The translations under genes were made by a program, and so were the position numbers. The notes beneath the pieces are model-generated. The model was not told the origin of the DNA. It saw nothing but the letters and a program-made list of their open reading frames with translations, and searched no databases. Below are positions 48,950 to 58,776 of a stretch of 64,000 bases of DNA, piece after piece. The stretch lies in the IMG/VR virus record IMGVR_UViG_3300042569_001792, one strand, 5' to 3'. The stretch comes from an uncultured virus (IMG/VR IMGVR_UViG_3300042569_001792). Taxonomy: Duplodnaviria > Heunggongvirae > Uroviricota > Caudoviricetes. How positions within the stretch are numbered: the first letter of the stretch is position 1; each line of letters opens with the position of its first letter.

Positions 48950-50332
48950 ATGAATACAAGTACAATGCTATCCGACGATCCAATCTTCTCCATTCTTGGA
49001 CAAAAGAAACCTGTAAAGGTAATTGATCCTTCGATTTATACAGAATCATTTATTAAAGCTGTCGCCACAAAGGTAGTTAAAGGCAAGCCGCTAAATGAAG
49101 ATGAATTGACATATTTGTCAATAGACCCATCTAAATGCAAAAATGAATGGGTAGAATTTGTCCGAGATAGATTCCAAGGACATAATATTCCTAAAAATGC
49201 AGCACAGGAAATTTATTCTACTGGCATTGATAATGGTAATGGTAGAAACGGATTGGCTTATACATTAAAATCCAAGATAAATGACCATATTAAAAATAGT
49301 TCGGTATTTTTCGACGAACTAGTTGGAAAGTACCTATACGATTTCTCTGTAGTTCCTTATATTGACAAGAATTGGAATCTTAAACACACAAGTTCCAATA
49401 CAGCCAATCATTATCATAATAATGGGAAACTCCACAATTCCTTAATTGCACGGAATCAAAGTGTTTTCACAGAAAATCCATCTCATTTTAAGGAGCATAG
49501 CCCTGGAAATAATAAAAGTTTTGTCAAACCCACTGGAGAGGCATTTGGCATTGAGATTGAAATGAGCTTCAAACCCAATACTGGCGACCAATATATAGGC
49601 GCGGCAAATAAACTTAACTTCGCTAATTGGGTTCATGACAATTATCCTAATTGGATTTGTGAAAGAGACGGTTCACTTGAAGAAGGTAATAAAGGTAATG
49701 CTGGTTTATGTGGACTAGAATTAGTTTCACCACCACTAACTTTTGACGAAGCTATTACTAACCTACCTATTATCTTGGATAAGGCTCGTTCTCTTGGAGC
49801 TAAGGCATTTATTCCCAATAATGAATTCTTTGGAATTCACGTCACCACAAATCTATACGGGAAGACTGCGACAAAAACGGGCGATAAGATTGTTTACCTT
49901 GTTAATAACAAGATATTTAGGGAGTTTTGGTACGCTTGCGCTAAACGTAACGGACTCGCGATCAATAAATTTGCTCCATTTATGAATGATCTAAGTCTTG
50001 GATCTGCCTTAAAGTCTCAATCAGGCGGTGAGCATTATCGCTCAGTTAATCCAAGGGGTTCTGGCGCTTTAGAGATAAGAATTTTTAGATCAACAGTTGC
50101 ATTCCCAGGAATCCATGCTATACTAGAGTTAGTTAAGATTACGCAAGATTATTGTATGAACGTAACTAATAATTCTAGCCTAGACTCTCCAAGGGAGTTT
50201 ATGGATTATATTAAAGGTAATATGTCTAAGAATCTTGAATCTTGGCTTACTGGTAACGGTGCATTACAAATCCTAGAGATTCTATCTAATCTAAACGTAA
50301 GTAATATCAATAACTCAACATTTGAAGCCTAA
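48950..50332 (+). CDS. Putative amidoligase, copy 2
   Basis: FGIEIEM, ERDGSL, LELVSPP, GIHVT, LEIRIFRS motifs. Confidence 0.85.
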   Translation: MNTSTMLSDDPIFSILGQKKPVKVIDPSIYTESFIKAVATKVVKGKPLNEDELTYLSIDPSKCKNEWVEFVRDRFQGHNIPKNAAQEIYSTGIDNGNGRNGLAYTLKSKINDHIKNSSVFFDELVGKYLYDFSVVPYIDKNWNLKHTSSNTANHYHNNGKLHNSLIARNQSVFTENPSHFKEHSPGNNKSFVKPTGEAFGIEIEMSFKPNTGDQYIGAANKLNFANWVHDNYPNWICERDGSLEEGNKGNAGLCGLELVSPPLTFDEAITNLPIILDKARSLGAKAFIPNNEFFGIHVTTNLYGKTATKTGDKIVYLVNNKIFREFWYACAKRNGLAINKFAPFMNDLSLGSALKSQSGGEHYRSVNPRGSGALEIRIFRSTVAFPGIHAILELVKITQDYCMNVTNNSSLDSPREFMDYIKGNMSKNLESWLTGNGALQILEILSNLNVSNINNSTFEA

Positions 50333-50335
50333 TCT

Positions 50336-51520
50336 ATGACTGGACAATTAATTCATAAACCTATAGGGGTAGAACTGACAAAAGAAAAGTTACAGAAATG
50401 TTTCAAAAACAATGAGCGTTATATATCCGTAGCGTTTTCATTTGAAAAGAACGGTACTAAATACTGGAATAAGTATCAATTTGAAAAACTATCTCTTCTT
50501 GAAGCTGATGATTGTTTTGACAATTTAATTAGTAAAGATAGTGATTGTATTATCTTCTTTAATGGTGCTTACAATATGAAACCAGCGGAGTTACCATTCT
50601 ATGCTATAGAAGCGAGGAAAGATTGGTTTTGGTATGCCTTAGAGGGTATATGCAGTACGTTTCCAACAAGTAGTGAGGGGGATTGTTTTTATAATAATTT
50701 CCTTAAAACTATAAGCCCCGAAGGTGCTTATTCATTATGGAAGAAATTAGGTGAATCAAATAAGATTGGTCGGACTATTGGTATTAAACAAGGTATTGTA
50801 TCAAGATTCGGTACTTGGATAGAAGAGGATGGTATATTCTATTCCAATACAGATCATAACAAAAAACCGTTTGAATATGGTTATCAAGGTACTTCTCATC
50901 GTGGTTATACTACTCCTACAACAACAGCAAAGGTAGACAATATATCTTCATTAAATTATCCAGAAGTTCATACTATTGGCGAGGGGCTTTTAGCAGCAAA
51001 AGCTGGAGAAGGATTGCTAAAATACTATACATTGTTTCATACTTATCCAAACTTGGTTTATATAGACGACGTAACATCTGAAAAGTATAAAAAAGCTGGA
51101 TTAATGCCTATGGATTTTGTAAAGTTGGTTCAAACAGAAGATTCGACAATACACGCTCCAGGTTTAGATTATCTAAAGTCCTGTCTATCTACATATAAGA
51201 AAGTAATCATTACAGTTGTAAGATTTATAAATTGTGAAAAGACCAATAGGACCGAGGCAATTATTGAAATATCTAACGAGCCTAAGATAGAAAAAAATGA
51301 AGAAGTGGTAACTCTTAAACCAGGTCAGAAAAAATATATATTAACAAAGTTAAATGTAGCATTAGTGATGGCGGAAAATGACTGTGATGAAGCCGTCGCA
51401 ATGGAACTAATTAGAGAGGGTCATAGCTTCGCAGACGAATTATCCGCTCGGGAAGACTGTTTTCTTATAGAAAGAGCAAAAGAACATAAAATCACAGGAT
51501 GGATTTCAATCCACTCATAA
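50336..51520 (+). CDS. Degenerate class II GATase-like multidomain protein
   Basis: N-terminus .IHKP.G and GTWIEEDGIFYSNT echo ORF 48041; catalytic Cys2 absent. Confidence 0.45.
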   Translation: MTGQLIHKPIGVELTKEKLQKCFKNNERYISVAFSFEKNGTKYWNKYQFEKLSLLEADDCFDNLISKDSDCIIFFNGAYNMKPAELPFYAIEARKDWFWYALEGICSTFPTSSEGDCFYNNFLKTISPEGAYSLWKKLGESNKIGRTIGIKQGIVSRFGTWIEEDGIFYSNTDHNKKPFEYGYQGTSHRGYTTPTTTAKVDNISSLNYPEVHTIGEGLLAAKAGEGLLKYYTLFHTYPNLVYIDDVTSEKYKKAGLMPMDFVKLVQTEDSTIHAPGLDYLKSCLSTYKKVIITVVRFINCEKTNRTEAIIEISNEPKIEKNEEVVTLKPGQKKYILTKLNVALVMAENDCDEAVAMELIREGHSFADELSAREDCFLIERAKEHKITGWISIHS

Positions 51521-51537
51521 ACTAAACAAAAAAAACT

Positions 51538-52281
51538 ATGAAAATAAAACTAAGAACCCCTCATATCACACCAAGATCAATAAAAGATATCTTCCCTAAG
51601 GTCAAAGGAAAAGGTTCTGTATTGATTCGCTTCGGAGCGTCTAAAAAATCCAAGCAAGAACCCGCTGATATTACTATCAATACACTCGAAGCTATTAAGA
51701 CTAATGCGGATAAAATCCGAATGAAGGAAATTTTTAAGGAAAATGATATTCCTTCTCCAGATTTTGCCCCAAATACAAACGAAGGTCGTCAATACTTTAA
51801 GGACAACAAATACAATGTTGTTTACAAAAAGAGATATCATCATGGTGGGATTGGAATGGAATTGGTCCCACTAGACCAAATTGATAAGTTTGGAGACGGT
51901 CAATATAATGGTGGTATTTTGGAGCGTAGGTTAAATGTAAAGAGGGAGTGGAGAATCCACGCTTGTCCTGCATTAAATTTAACTTTTTCTGTTGAAAAAC
52001 GCAAAAGGTATGATAAGCTACATGAAGTTGTGCGAAACAATGACAACTGCGTATTCAAGGTAAATTTTGAAATCCCTGAAAATTGGAATACTGCTTTAGA
52101 AATGGCTCTAAAAGCTGTTTCAGTAATGAAGCTTGACGTTGGTGCTGTCGATTTAGTATGGACAGGTAAAAACTATTATGTCATAGAAACTAATTCCGGT
52201 CCCGGTATGGGAGATCAAACTTCTCAATGGTATGCAGATACTCTAGCTCAACTAATCGAACATAAGAAAAACAATCAGTAA
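51538..52281 (+). CDS. ATP-grasp ligase
   Basis: DK, K..HHGGIG, EWRIH, GAVD, ETNSGPG motifs. Confidence 0.88.
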   Translation: MKIKLRTPHITPRSIKDIFPKVKGKGSVLIRFGASKKSKQEPADITINTLEAIKTNADKIRMKEIFKENDIPSPDFAPNTNEGRQYFKDNKYNVVYKKRYHHGGIGMELVPLDQIDKFGDGQYNGGILERRLNVKREWRIHACPALNLTFSVEKRKRYDKLHEVVRNNDNCVFKVNFEIPENWNTALEMALKAVSVMKLDVGAVDLVWTGKNYYVIETNSGPGMGDQTSQWYADTLAQLIEHKKNNQ

Positions 52282-52312
52282 ACAAAAAAAACAATAAACA
52301 ACAAATAAAAAA

Positions 52313-53224
52313 ATGAAGAACTTAATTACAATTGGCTCTGATCCTGAAATGGTAGTATTTAAAGAAGATCGGCCTGTGTGCGCTATCCCTGTTGTTGATT
52401 TTCACGGCAAGGAAGATAAGTTGGTTTTCAATGAACATGACACTCTTTACTATGATAATGCTCTAGTTGAGGGTACTATTAAACCAGCGGAGGATGGAGA
52501 AGAACTTGTTCATAGCTTCCGTTCCCTTTATGGTCATAGTTCTGGCTATCTAGCTGAAAAGGGAGCGCAATTAATGGCTTTTGCTTCCGTTAATTTCGAT
52601 GCAAATGAATTACTCCAATTCCCTAAGGCTCTGGAATTTGGCTGCGATCCAGAAGTAGATATGTGGGAAAATGTATTATGCCCCCCTCCATTTTGTGATC
52701 CTATGTCCGGTTTTCGTTCTGCCGGTGGTCATATTCACATTGGTCGTAAAGATTATAAAACCGCTGATGAAAATAGCTTTCTTATGAATTATGAGAGTAA
52801 ATCTCATTTCACAAGGGCGATGGATCTAATTGTCGGAACCGCCCTTACTGCTATTGAAAATGATCCATCTGCTCCCAAGCGTAAAGAACTATACGGTAAA
52901 GCAGGTCGCGCTCGTTTTGAACTCCCTTATGGAGTTGAATATAGAACTCCTTCTAATGGATGGACTGCTATGCCAGAAAAAGTAAGATTAGTCCATGATC
53001 TTACAATGTTTGCTGTTGACTTCTTCGGAAACAATGCTACAGTATTTGATGGAGGAAAGGAGTATCCATTTAATACAGTTATTGATATTATCAATAGTGG
53101 GGACCAAAAGGCGGCTATGGAAATTATTCCATCACTTCCACATAAGGAATTTATTCCTAGACTAATGGAACTAGCTAATCTAAAACATGAGCCGCGAGTA
53201 GCCGTAAATTACGGAGGATTCTAA
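52313..53224 (+). CDS. phiEco32-like COOH-NH2 ligase type 2
   Basis: IGSDPE, DN..VE, FGCDP, RSAGGHIHIG, LYGKAG, YGVEYRTPSN motifs. Confidence 0.92.
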   Translation: MKNLITIGSDPEMVVFKEDRPVCAIPVVDFHGKEDKLVFNEHDTLYYDNALVEGTIKPAEDGEELVHSFRSLYGHSSGYLAEKGAQLMAFASVNFDANELLQFPKALEFGCDPEVDMWENVLCPPPFCDPMSGFRSAGGHIHIGRKDYKTADENSFLMNYESKSHFTRAMDLIVGTALTAIENDPSAPKRKELYGKAGRARFELPYGVEYRTPSNGWTAMPEKVRLVHDLTMFAVDFFGNNATVFDGGKEYPFNTVIDIINSGDQKAAMEIIPSLPHKEFIPRLMELANLKHEPRVAVNYGGF

Positions 53225-53252
53225 TAATTAAACAACATAACTGAAATATAAA

Positions 53253-54008
53253 ATGAAAATCTCAATTAATCTAAATAACGGTGGTTTTGCCCAGATTTAT
53301 AGTTCGGGGCCAGTATTCGGCTTTGTATCAGAAAAGGGGGAGCATTGCCACCCTTTTTATTTCTGCAAAGATTTTATGAATGATGCTATTGCAGCACAGG
53401 TCAACGGTAAGAATATGGGTATCTATGGATTTAATCATGATCCAAAAAAGCATCCTAATCTTGACCTATCAAAAACACGGATTGTCTTTTCAAATAAAAA
53501 TGATAAACAAATGGCGGATAGAATTCCAGCGATTCAGGATATCTTGAATCAAGCCTGTAAACTACTAAAACTTACAAAATGTAAAGTTGAAAATGTAGGT
53601 ACTCATGGAGATTATAAAGATGTATTATATATAACAGGTTCTAAAGATTGGATGGTTGGCGGACCAGCAATGTCCCTTTTAACTCTATTAGTTAGGGTCG
53701 GGGCAGTACACACACCTGGAAACAACATTATGAATACACTAGAGTCTGTAATGAAGGGTGAAATTAAGCCTTATGGTAGTAATGATGCGAGTTATATCAA
53801 ATCATCTATCGACGGAATTAAGTTCTTGTTTGAAAATGGATTTTCCGCCTTAGGTGATATGTCTAAGAATTACGATCCAAATATCTCAATTGGAACTATT
53901 CATAATACTGGTATTGTTGGATATTCAAATACCCTACGCAATCCAAAGTCAACTAGCAATTTCCCACATTGGGCAGAATATATTGAAAGTAAAAAAGTAA
54001 CAGTTTAA
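53253..54008 (+). CDS. Conserved hypothetical protein, paralog of 58020 and 58777
   Basis: CKDF, TGSKDW...P..SL.TLL.R, IHN.GI motifs. Confidence 0.65.
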   Translation: MKISINLNNGGFAQIYSSGPVFGFVSEKGEHCHPFYFCKDFMNDAIAAQVNGKNMGIYGFNHDPKKHPNLDLSKTRIVFSNKNDKQMADRIPAIQDILNQACKLLKLTKCKVENVGTHGDYKDVLYITGSKDWMVGGPAMSLLTLLVRVGAVHTPGNNIMNTLESVMKGEIKPYGSNDASYIKSSIDGIKFLFENGFSALGDMSKNYDPNISIGTIHNTGIVGYSNTLRNPKSTSNFPHWAEYIESKKVTV

Positions 54009-54031
54009 TCGAATCTAAAATAAAATAAAAT

Positions 54032-54691
54032 ATGAAAAATCTATTTGTAGTTGGTGGTAGTAATGGGTACGCTAATTGGGTGCTTCCTCTTGGATTCCAG
54101 ATAACCCAAAATGCAGATGAAGCTGACCTATTTCTTTTTACTGGTGGGGAAGATGTAAATCCTGCTTTGTATAATCAACCAGTCGGAAGACATACTTATT
54201 TCACAAATAGGGATGTTCTTGAAAAGAAGTATTTTGAATATGCTCTAAATGCCAATAAGCCAATGATGGGTGTTTGTCGTGGGTTGCAATTTCTAACCGT
54301 AATGGCCGGGGGTAAATTAATTCAAGATATGAATCACCCAGGATATCATGAGTTTGTAGCTAATACAGGTGAACGTATGTATATTAATTCGCTCCATCAC
54401 CAAATGGCTTTAGTCGATCCGAGTGTTACTAAATTAGTTGATGGCGAGGATTATGAATTAATCGCCTGGACTGAACGACTATCTAAATATCATCTTGACG
54501 GACATGATTTGAATTATGGCTTCCCGGGTAATTTTAAAGAGCCGGAGGTTCTATTTTTCCCTAAGATTAAAGCCTGGGGAGTGCAAGGCCATCCAGAAAT
54601 GTTATTTAGTGGGAATAGAGGTGGGATGGAATTTAAGGATACAATTTCATTTCTGCAAAATTCACTAACTAACTGTTTAAATCTAAAGTAA
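54032..54691 (+). CDS. Class I glutamine amidotransferase / peptidase C26, copy 1
   Basis: GGEDV, GVCRGLQ, NSLHHQ, QGHPE motifs. Confidence 0.92.
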   Translation: MKNLFVVGGSNGYANWVLPLGFQITQNADEADLFLFTGGEDVNPALYNQPVGRHTYFTNRDVLEKKYFEYALNANKPMMGVCRGLQFLTVMAGGKLIQDMNHPGYHEFVANTGERMYINSLHHQMALVDPSVTKLVDGEDYELIAWTERLSKYHLDGHDLNYGFPGNFKEPEVLFFPKIKAWGVQGHPEMLFSGNRGGMEFKDTISFLQNSLTNCLNLK

Positions 54692-54695
54692 AGCT

Positions 54696-55154
54696 ATGCC
54701 GCTTGATATAGATAAATTGTATAAAGATTATTTAGAAAAACCTTTCTTTGCACAGGATATTCGAGGCAGTATCTACTTTTGTGATTTTATGAAAAGAAAT
54801 ATTAACGCAAAAGGAGATTATTGGCTAGTAGATAGTTATGATGTTTATGGTAGATGTGCAAAGTTTACTATGAATTCGGATTATTTAGATCTTTATACAA
54901 AGCCATTAATTATCTCGAATAATAAACATAATAATATGCTTTTACTTGCGGATAAATGTGGTAATATCTTATTAACAACAAAAGAGGATTTTAAAGATGG
55001 TGCTTATACTGCTTTATATTATGTAGATATAGTTGATAGTAAAGAATATAAAGTTGGTGATACTGATTATTATACATTTTGTCCAAATGGGGAATCAGGA
55101 TTTGAAATATTGCCACCGGCATTTAAGATAAGGGTAGATTTTAACCATAAGTAA
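54696..55154 (+). CDS. Hypothetical protein
   Basis: ORF; C-terminal ILPPAFKIRV motif shared with four other ORFs. Confidence 0.55.
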   Translation: MPLDIDKLYKDYLEKPFFAQDIRGSIYFCDFMKRNINAKGDYWLVDSYDVYGRCAKFTMNSDYLDLYTKPLIISNNKHNNMLLLADKCGNILLTTKEDFKDGAYTALYYVDIVDSKEYKVGDTDYYTFCPNGESGFEILPPAFKIRVDFNHK

Positions 55155-55159
55155 ATCAA

Positions 55160-55510
55160 ATGTCAGAAACAAAAAGAATAGCAGTTTACGGAACCTTAAA
55201 AAGAGGTTTTTATAATTACGATAGATTTAATCATTTTTACGAATTTAAGTTTGTAGGATCAGAACGGATCAAAGGATTTTCTCTTTATGATTTGGGTCAT
55301 TATCCAGCGGCAGTTGAATCAGATCCAGAAAACGAAATTACAATAGAAATCTTTGATGTTTCGCCCGCATGTTATAAATCGTTGCATGAAATGGAAATTT
55401 CAGCAGGATATGTAAAAAAAGAAGTTGCAACATCTCATGGCTGTGCTATACTATGGGCATACGAAAATGAACCAAGATACAGCAAGCTAATAGAATCAGG
55501 AATATACTAA
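55160..55510 (+). CDS. Gamma-glutamylcyclotransferase (AIG2-like)
   Basis: VYGTLKRG, YP, L..ME...Y motifs. Confidence 0.9.
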   Translation: MSETKRIAVYGTLKRGFYNYDRFNHFYEFKFVGSERIKGFSLYDLGHYPAAVESDPENEITIEIFDVSPACYKSLHEMEISAGYVKKEVATSHGCAILWAYENEPRYSKLIESGIY

Positions 55511-55511
55511 G

Positions 55512-55919
55512 ATGTTTTTTGAATATCATCAGAATTTATATGTTGTATGCTCTTATATTGATTATAGAGATAAAACTATTAAGTCTGCTTTAGATGGTCA
55601 GTCTATGTCAATAGAGTGCTACATGATTTCGAGAATGACAGTCTCGCCGACTTATGTATCAAGACATGATGTAGAAAGACATATAGAAAAATTCAATAGC
55701 TATGTAATTCCAGATATCGAAAAGCCTAATTTAGTCTTAAATAAAGATGGACTTTTAGCCTTTATGATTAGATGCTTCACAACAAATCCAAGTCAAAAAA
55801 CTTTAATAGTTTTAGATCCGAATATTAATTCTAATCTACGGGTAGGTCAAAGAATAACACTAGATACATCATCGTTACAAAGAGTCCCCAATAAACTAAA
55901 AATTGAAATAAAAAAATAG
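55512..55919 (+). CDS. Hypothetical protein
   Basis: ORF; C-terminal RVPNKLKIEI. Confidence 0.55.
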   Translation: MFFEYHQNLYVVCSYIDYRDKTIKSALDGQSMSIECYMISRMTVSPTYVSRHDVERHIEKFNSYVIPDIEKPNLVLNKDGLLAFMIRCFTTNPSQKTLIVLDPNINSNLRVGQRITLDTSSLQRVPNKLKIEIKK

Positions 55920-55920
55920 T

Positions 55921-56622
55921 ATGAAACAAATCTCAATCGTAGGAAATGTAAATGGAGAAGATCAACTATGGCTCAACCGGGCTTATGTTAATTACTTTTC
56001 CCAATATGGAAATGTATCTATTGTCGATCCATTCTCTAATGAAGTAAAAGAAACCGATCTATTAGTTCTACCAGGTGGTAGTGACGTTAATCCAGCAAGA
56101 TACAACACTCCATGGCTGCCGATTATCAGTCTTCCAAATCGGGCTTACGAGTATTTTGATGAAGTAATACTTCCTCATTATGTCAAGTCAAATACTCCTA
56201 TTTTTGGAATTTGTCGCGGTCTTCAAACACTTAATGTATTGTTTGGCGGTACGTTAAAGCCACATTGTAATGAACCAACATCACATTCAGATGGAAGTAT
56301 AGCGCATTGGGTAAAAGACGTTGAAACAGAGGAGCTATTTAAATGCTCGTCGAACCATCACCAAGCAATTGACCAATTAGCTGATGGATTCTTAATCACT
56401 GCGGTTGGATACCCTATTACTAATGACAATAAAAAGGGAGCTATACTTGATCCAAAGTCTAAGCAGCTAGAAATTGAAGGGATTCGCCACGCAAATCTAC
56501 CTATTAGAGCAGTTCAATTTCATCCAGAGAAGAATTTTAATGGAAAGTCTTGTATCAAGATTAATGACAAGTTTGTTGAGCCGCAAATACTAGAACTTCT
56601 TAACTATCAAAAACCACAATGA
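55921..56622 (+). CDS. Class I glutamine amidotransferase / peptidase C26, copy 2
   Basis: PGGSDV, GICRGLQ, NHHQ, QFHPE motifs. Confidence 0.92.
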   Translation: MKQISIVGNVNGEDQLWLNRAYVNYFSQYGNVSIVDPFSNEVKETDLLVLPGGSDVNPARYNTPWLPIISLPNRAYEYFDEVILPHYVKSNTPIFGICRGLQTLNVLFGGTLKPHCNEPTSHSDGSIAHWVKDVETEELFKCSSNHHQAIDQLADGFLITAVGYPITNDNKKGAILDPKSKQLEIEGIRHANLPIRAVQFHPEKNFNGKSCIKINDKFVEPQILELLNYQKPQ

Positions 56623-57203
56623 GACCACCTTATTTAACATTTATTCATTATAAATATGATGACAACGAAGACTTTAAAAGAGTAACTTGTTTTGCTGGCA
56701 TGGATCTATCCTCACTAAAATCTGTTAGATTTTATATAGATGATTGTTTAGGTCGATCAGATGTAGATAAATATTTTGATTTTCTAAAATCCGTATTTGA
56801 TATTGAATTTGGATTTGTATTTAATACAGCCCCAAAAATCGTTAAGAACGGGAATATGGAAAATGTAGTAGATGTTTCTTTGGACTTATCTTCATATAGT
56901 CGAGTACAGTGTCTAACTATACTAACATTACTAAGATATGTTCAGGAATTTCCCGAGATAGTGGAAAAAACAACAGAAAATGAGGCGAATTGGGAATCTT
57001 TTAAAGATGGCCATAAACACTGGAATGAAATTAGAAAGGGTACGGAAACAAAAGTTAAGTACGATAATGCTTATGGACATGGAATAGCTTGTACTGACTA
57101 TACCAAAGGTCATTTCATGCAAGATAATTTCTGTTCATTAGAAAAGTTTAAATTAAACTTTAGTAAAGCTCTAACAGGGTATGTTAAAAACCTTTTCCAA
57201 TAA
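56619..57203 (+). CDS. Hypothetical protein
   Basis: CFA, LTLLRY..E.P, GHG motifs. Confidence 0.55.
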   Translation: MRPPYLTFIHYKYDDNEDFKRVTCFAGMDLSSLKSVRFYIDDCLGRSDVDKYFDFLKSVFDIEFGFVFNTAPKIVKNGNMENVVDVSLDLSSYSRVQCLTILTLLRYVQEFPEIVEKTTENEANWESFKDGHKHWNEIRKGTETKVKYDNAYGHGIACTDYTKGHFMQDNFCSLEKFKLNFSKALTGYVKNLFQ

Positions 57204-57210
57204 AAAACTC

Positions 57211-57238
57211 TTGACTTCTTTAAAAACTGTGCTATAAT
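57211..57238 (+). promoter_or_regulatory. Sigma70-type promoter
   Basis: TTGACT-16-TATAAT with extended TG. Confidence 0.75.
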
Positions 57239-57286
57239 TACAAATCGAAACAATCCACAACAAACCAACAATAGAAAAACAAAAAT

Positions 57287-57616
57287 ATGAATAAGACACT
57301 AACTACAAAAATCATCAATAAAAACGGTAAGCGGCTTGGATTTATGGTCGCTACAAAAAACGAGAATAATGAAGTCCTGCTTGGATTTTCGCTATGCTGC
57401 AAGAAAGATAAGTTTAATTATGATCGCGGTCTTCATATCGCTACAAACCGCTCTTTCAAGGGAGTAACAAAATTCCCTCATAGTCTAAAGAGTAAGGTGG
57501 CTAATTTCCATGGTCGTTGTGTTAAGTATTTTAAGGATGCTGCGGTGCCATCTATGGAAATGTTTACATTTGTAAATACGAAGGAAGAAAACGAAGAAGA
57601 AAAACAAGGCGAATGA
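57287..57616 (+). CDS. Hypothetical phage protein
   Basis: GFSLC...DKFN...G..IA..R motif. Confidence 0.6.
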   Translation: MNKTLTTKIINKNGKRLGFMVATKNENNEVLLGFSLCCKKDKFNYDRGLHIATNRSFKGVTKFPHSLKSKVANFHGRCVKYFKDAAVPSMEMFTFVNTKEENEEEKQGE

Positions 57617-58017
57617 AATTAAATATCTCTGTCGAGGATCGACTTACTGCGGGCATAATCCTATTCGGCCCGGAAGTTAAGCCTATAATGGATAACGAAT
57701 TTGATATTAAAGGCTCCTACGCTTTTATTAGAAATAACCAGTTATTTATCATTGGTATGCACGTTCGTCCGTATAAAATGACGGATGGATTCAGTAAAGT
57801 CGATCCTCGCAGGGATCGTAACTTAAAAGTTACAAAATCCGAACTAAGATTCTTAAAAGAGAAACATAAGAAAGGTTTCTCGATTATTCCAGAATCTGTG
57901 GAATATATTAAAGGCAAGTTTAGAGTGATTCTAGCTATTGGCAAACCATTGAAAAAATGGGATAAAAGATCAAAGGAAAAGGAAAGAGAATCCGAAAAAG
58001 AAATGAAGGAGTATTAA
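57613..58017 (+). CDS. smpB: SsrA-binding protein SmpB
   Basis: AGIIL.G.EVK, SYA.I, HVRPY, DPRRDR.L, GFSIIP, K.WDKR..K.RE motifs. Confidence 0.88.
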   Translation: MKLNISVEDRLTAGIILFGPEVKPIMDNEFDIKGSYAFIRNNQLFIIGMHVRPYKMTDGFSKVDPRRDRNLKVTKSELRFLKEKHKKGFSIIPESVEYIKGKFRVILAIGKPLKKWDKRSKEKERESEKEMKEY

Positions 58018-58019
58018 TT

Positions 58020-58775
58020 ATGGTATATTTTTTTCAAGTTGATAAGGACGGTGATGTTTTAAATTGGGATGATGTTGAATGGGATGATTGTGATGATTCA
58101 GATCATCTAAAAGAAGATAGTTGTAGAGCTAGAAGGCACCAACTTATCTTTAGATATATGAATTCTAATAGTAAGAAACTTATAAAGACCAAAACAGTCT
58201 TGGGTATAACAACTAATAGCTCAGAAGCGGATATTAAAAGATGTGTCAAAATTCTTAATGAGTTAGAGGAGAAAGTTGGTTTAAGTAAAACAACTTATAA
58301 AAAGTCTGCAATAAGCAATAAACAGTTTGTAGTTAAAGGCGAGGTCTGGAAAAGATATATCTTTACTGGAAGTAAATTATGGAGTATTGCGCCGCCAACT
58401 CATAGCCTTTATACGTTACTAATTAGATTGTTGGTCGATGGTGGTGAAAAAATGCCAGCTAATTTTAAGATAGGGGTATCAGAATTACTATATGATTTTC
58501 GTTTTTTGACTGACCACTGTGAATATAACAAGATCTATAATGAAATTATCCCCTTCACCTCTAGTATTGGAGAAATATTCGGGTCTAGTATAACTAGAAA
58601 TTACAAGATAAATATTAATAATTTGAATGATGAGGATATCTATAATTTTGAATGGGATATTCATAATTTTGGAATTCAATCATTTTTGTATGAGTATTAC
58701 CCAGACGACAATGAGAAATTCACAAAAAAAGCAAAAAAATGGTTCTCTAAATATAAACAAATAATAAAACAATAA
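58020..58775 (+). CDS. Hypothetical protein, paralog of 58777 and 53253
   Basis: CRARRH, GSKLWSIAPP.HSLYTLLIR, IHNFGI motifs. Confidence 0.7.
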   Translation: MVYFFQVDKDGDVLNWDDVEWDDCDDSDHLKEDSCRARRHQLIFRYMNSNSKKLIKTKTVLGITTNSSEADIKRCVKILNELEEKVGLSKTTYKKSAISNKQFVVKGEVWKRYIFTGSKLWSIAPPTHSLYTLLIRLLVDGGEKMPANFKIGVSELLYDFRFLTDHCEYNKIYNEIIPFTSSIGEIFGSSITRNYKININNLNDEDIYNFEWDIHNFGIQSFLYEYYPDDNEKFTKKAKKWFSKYKQIIKQ

Positions 58776-58776
58776 C

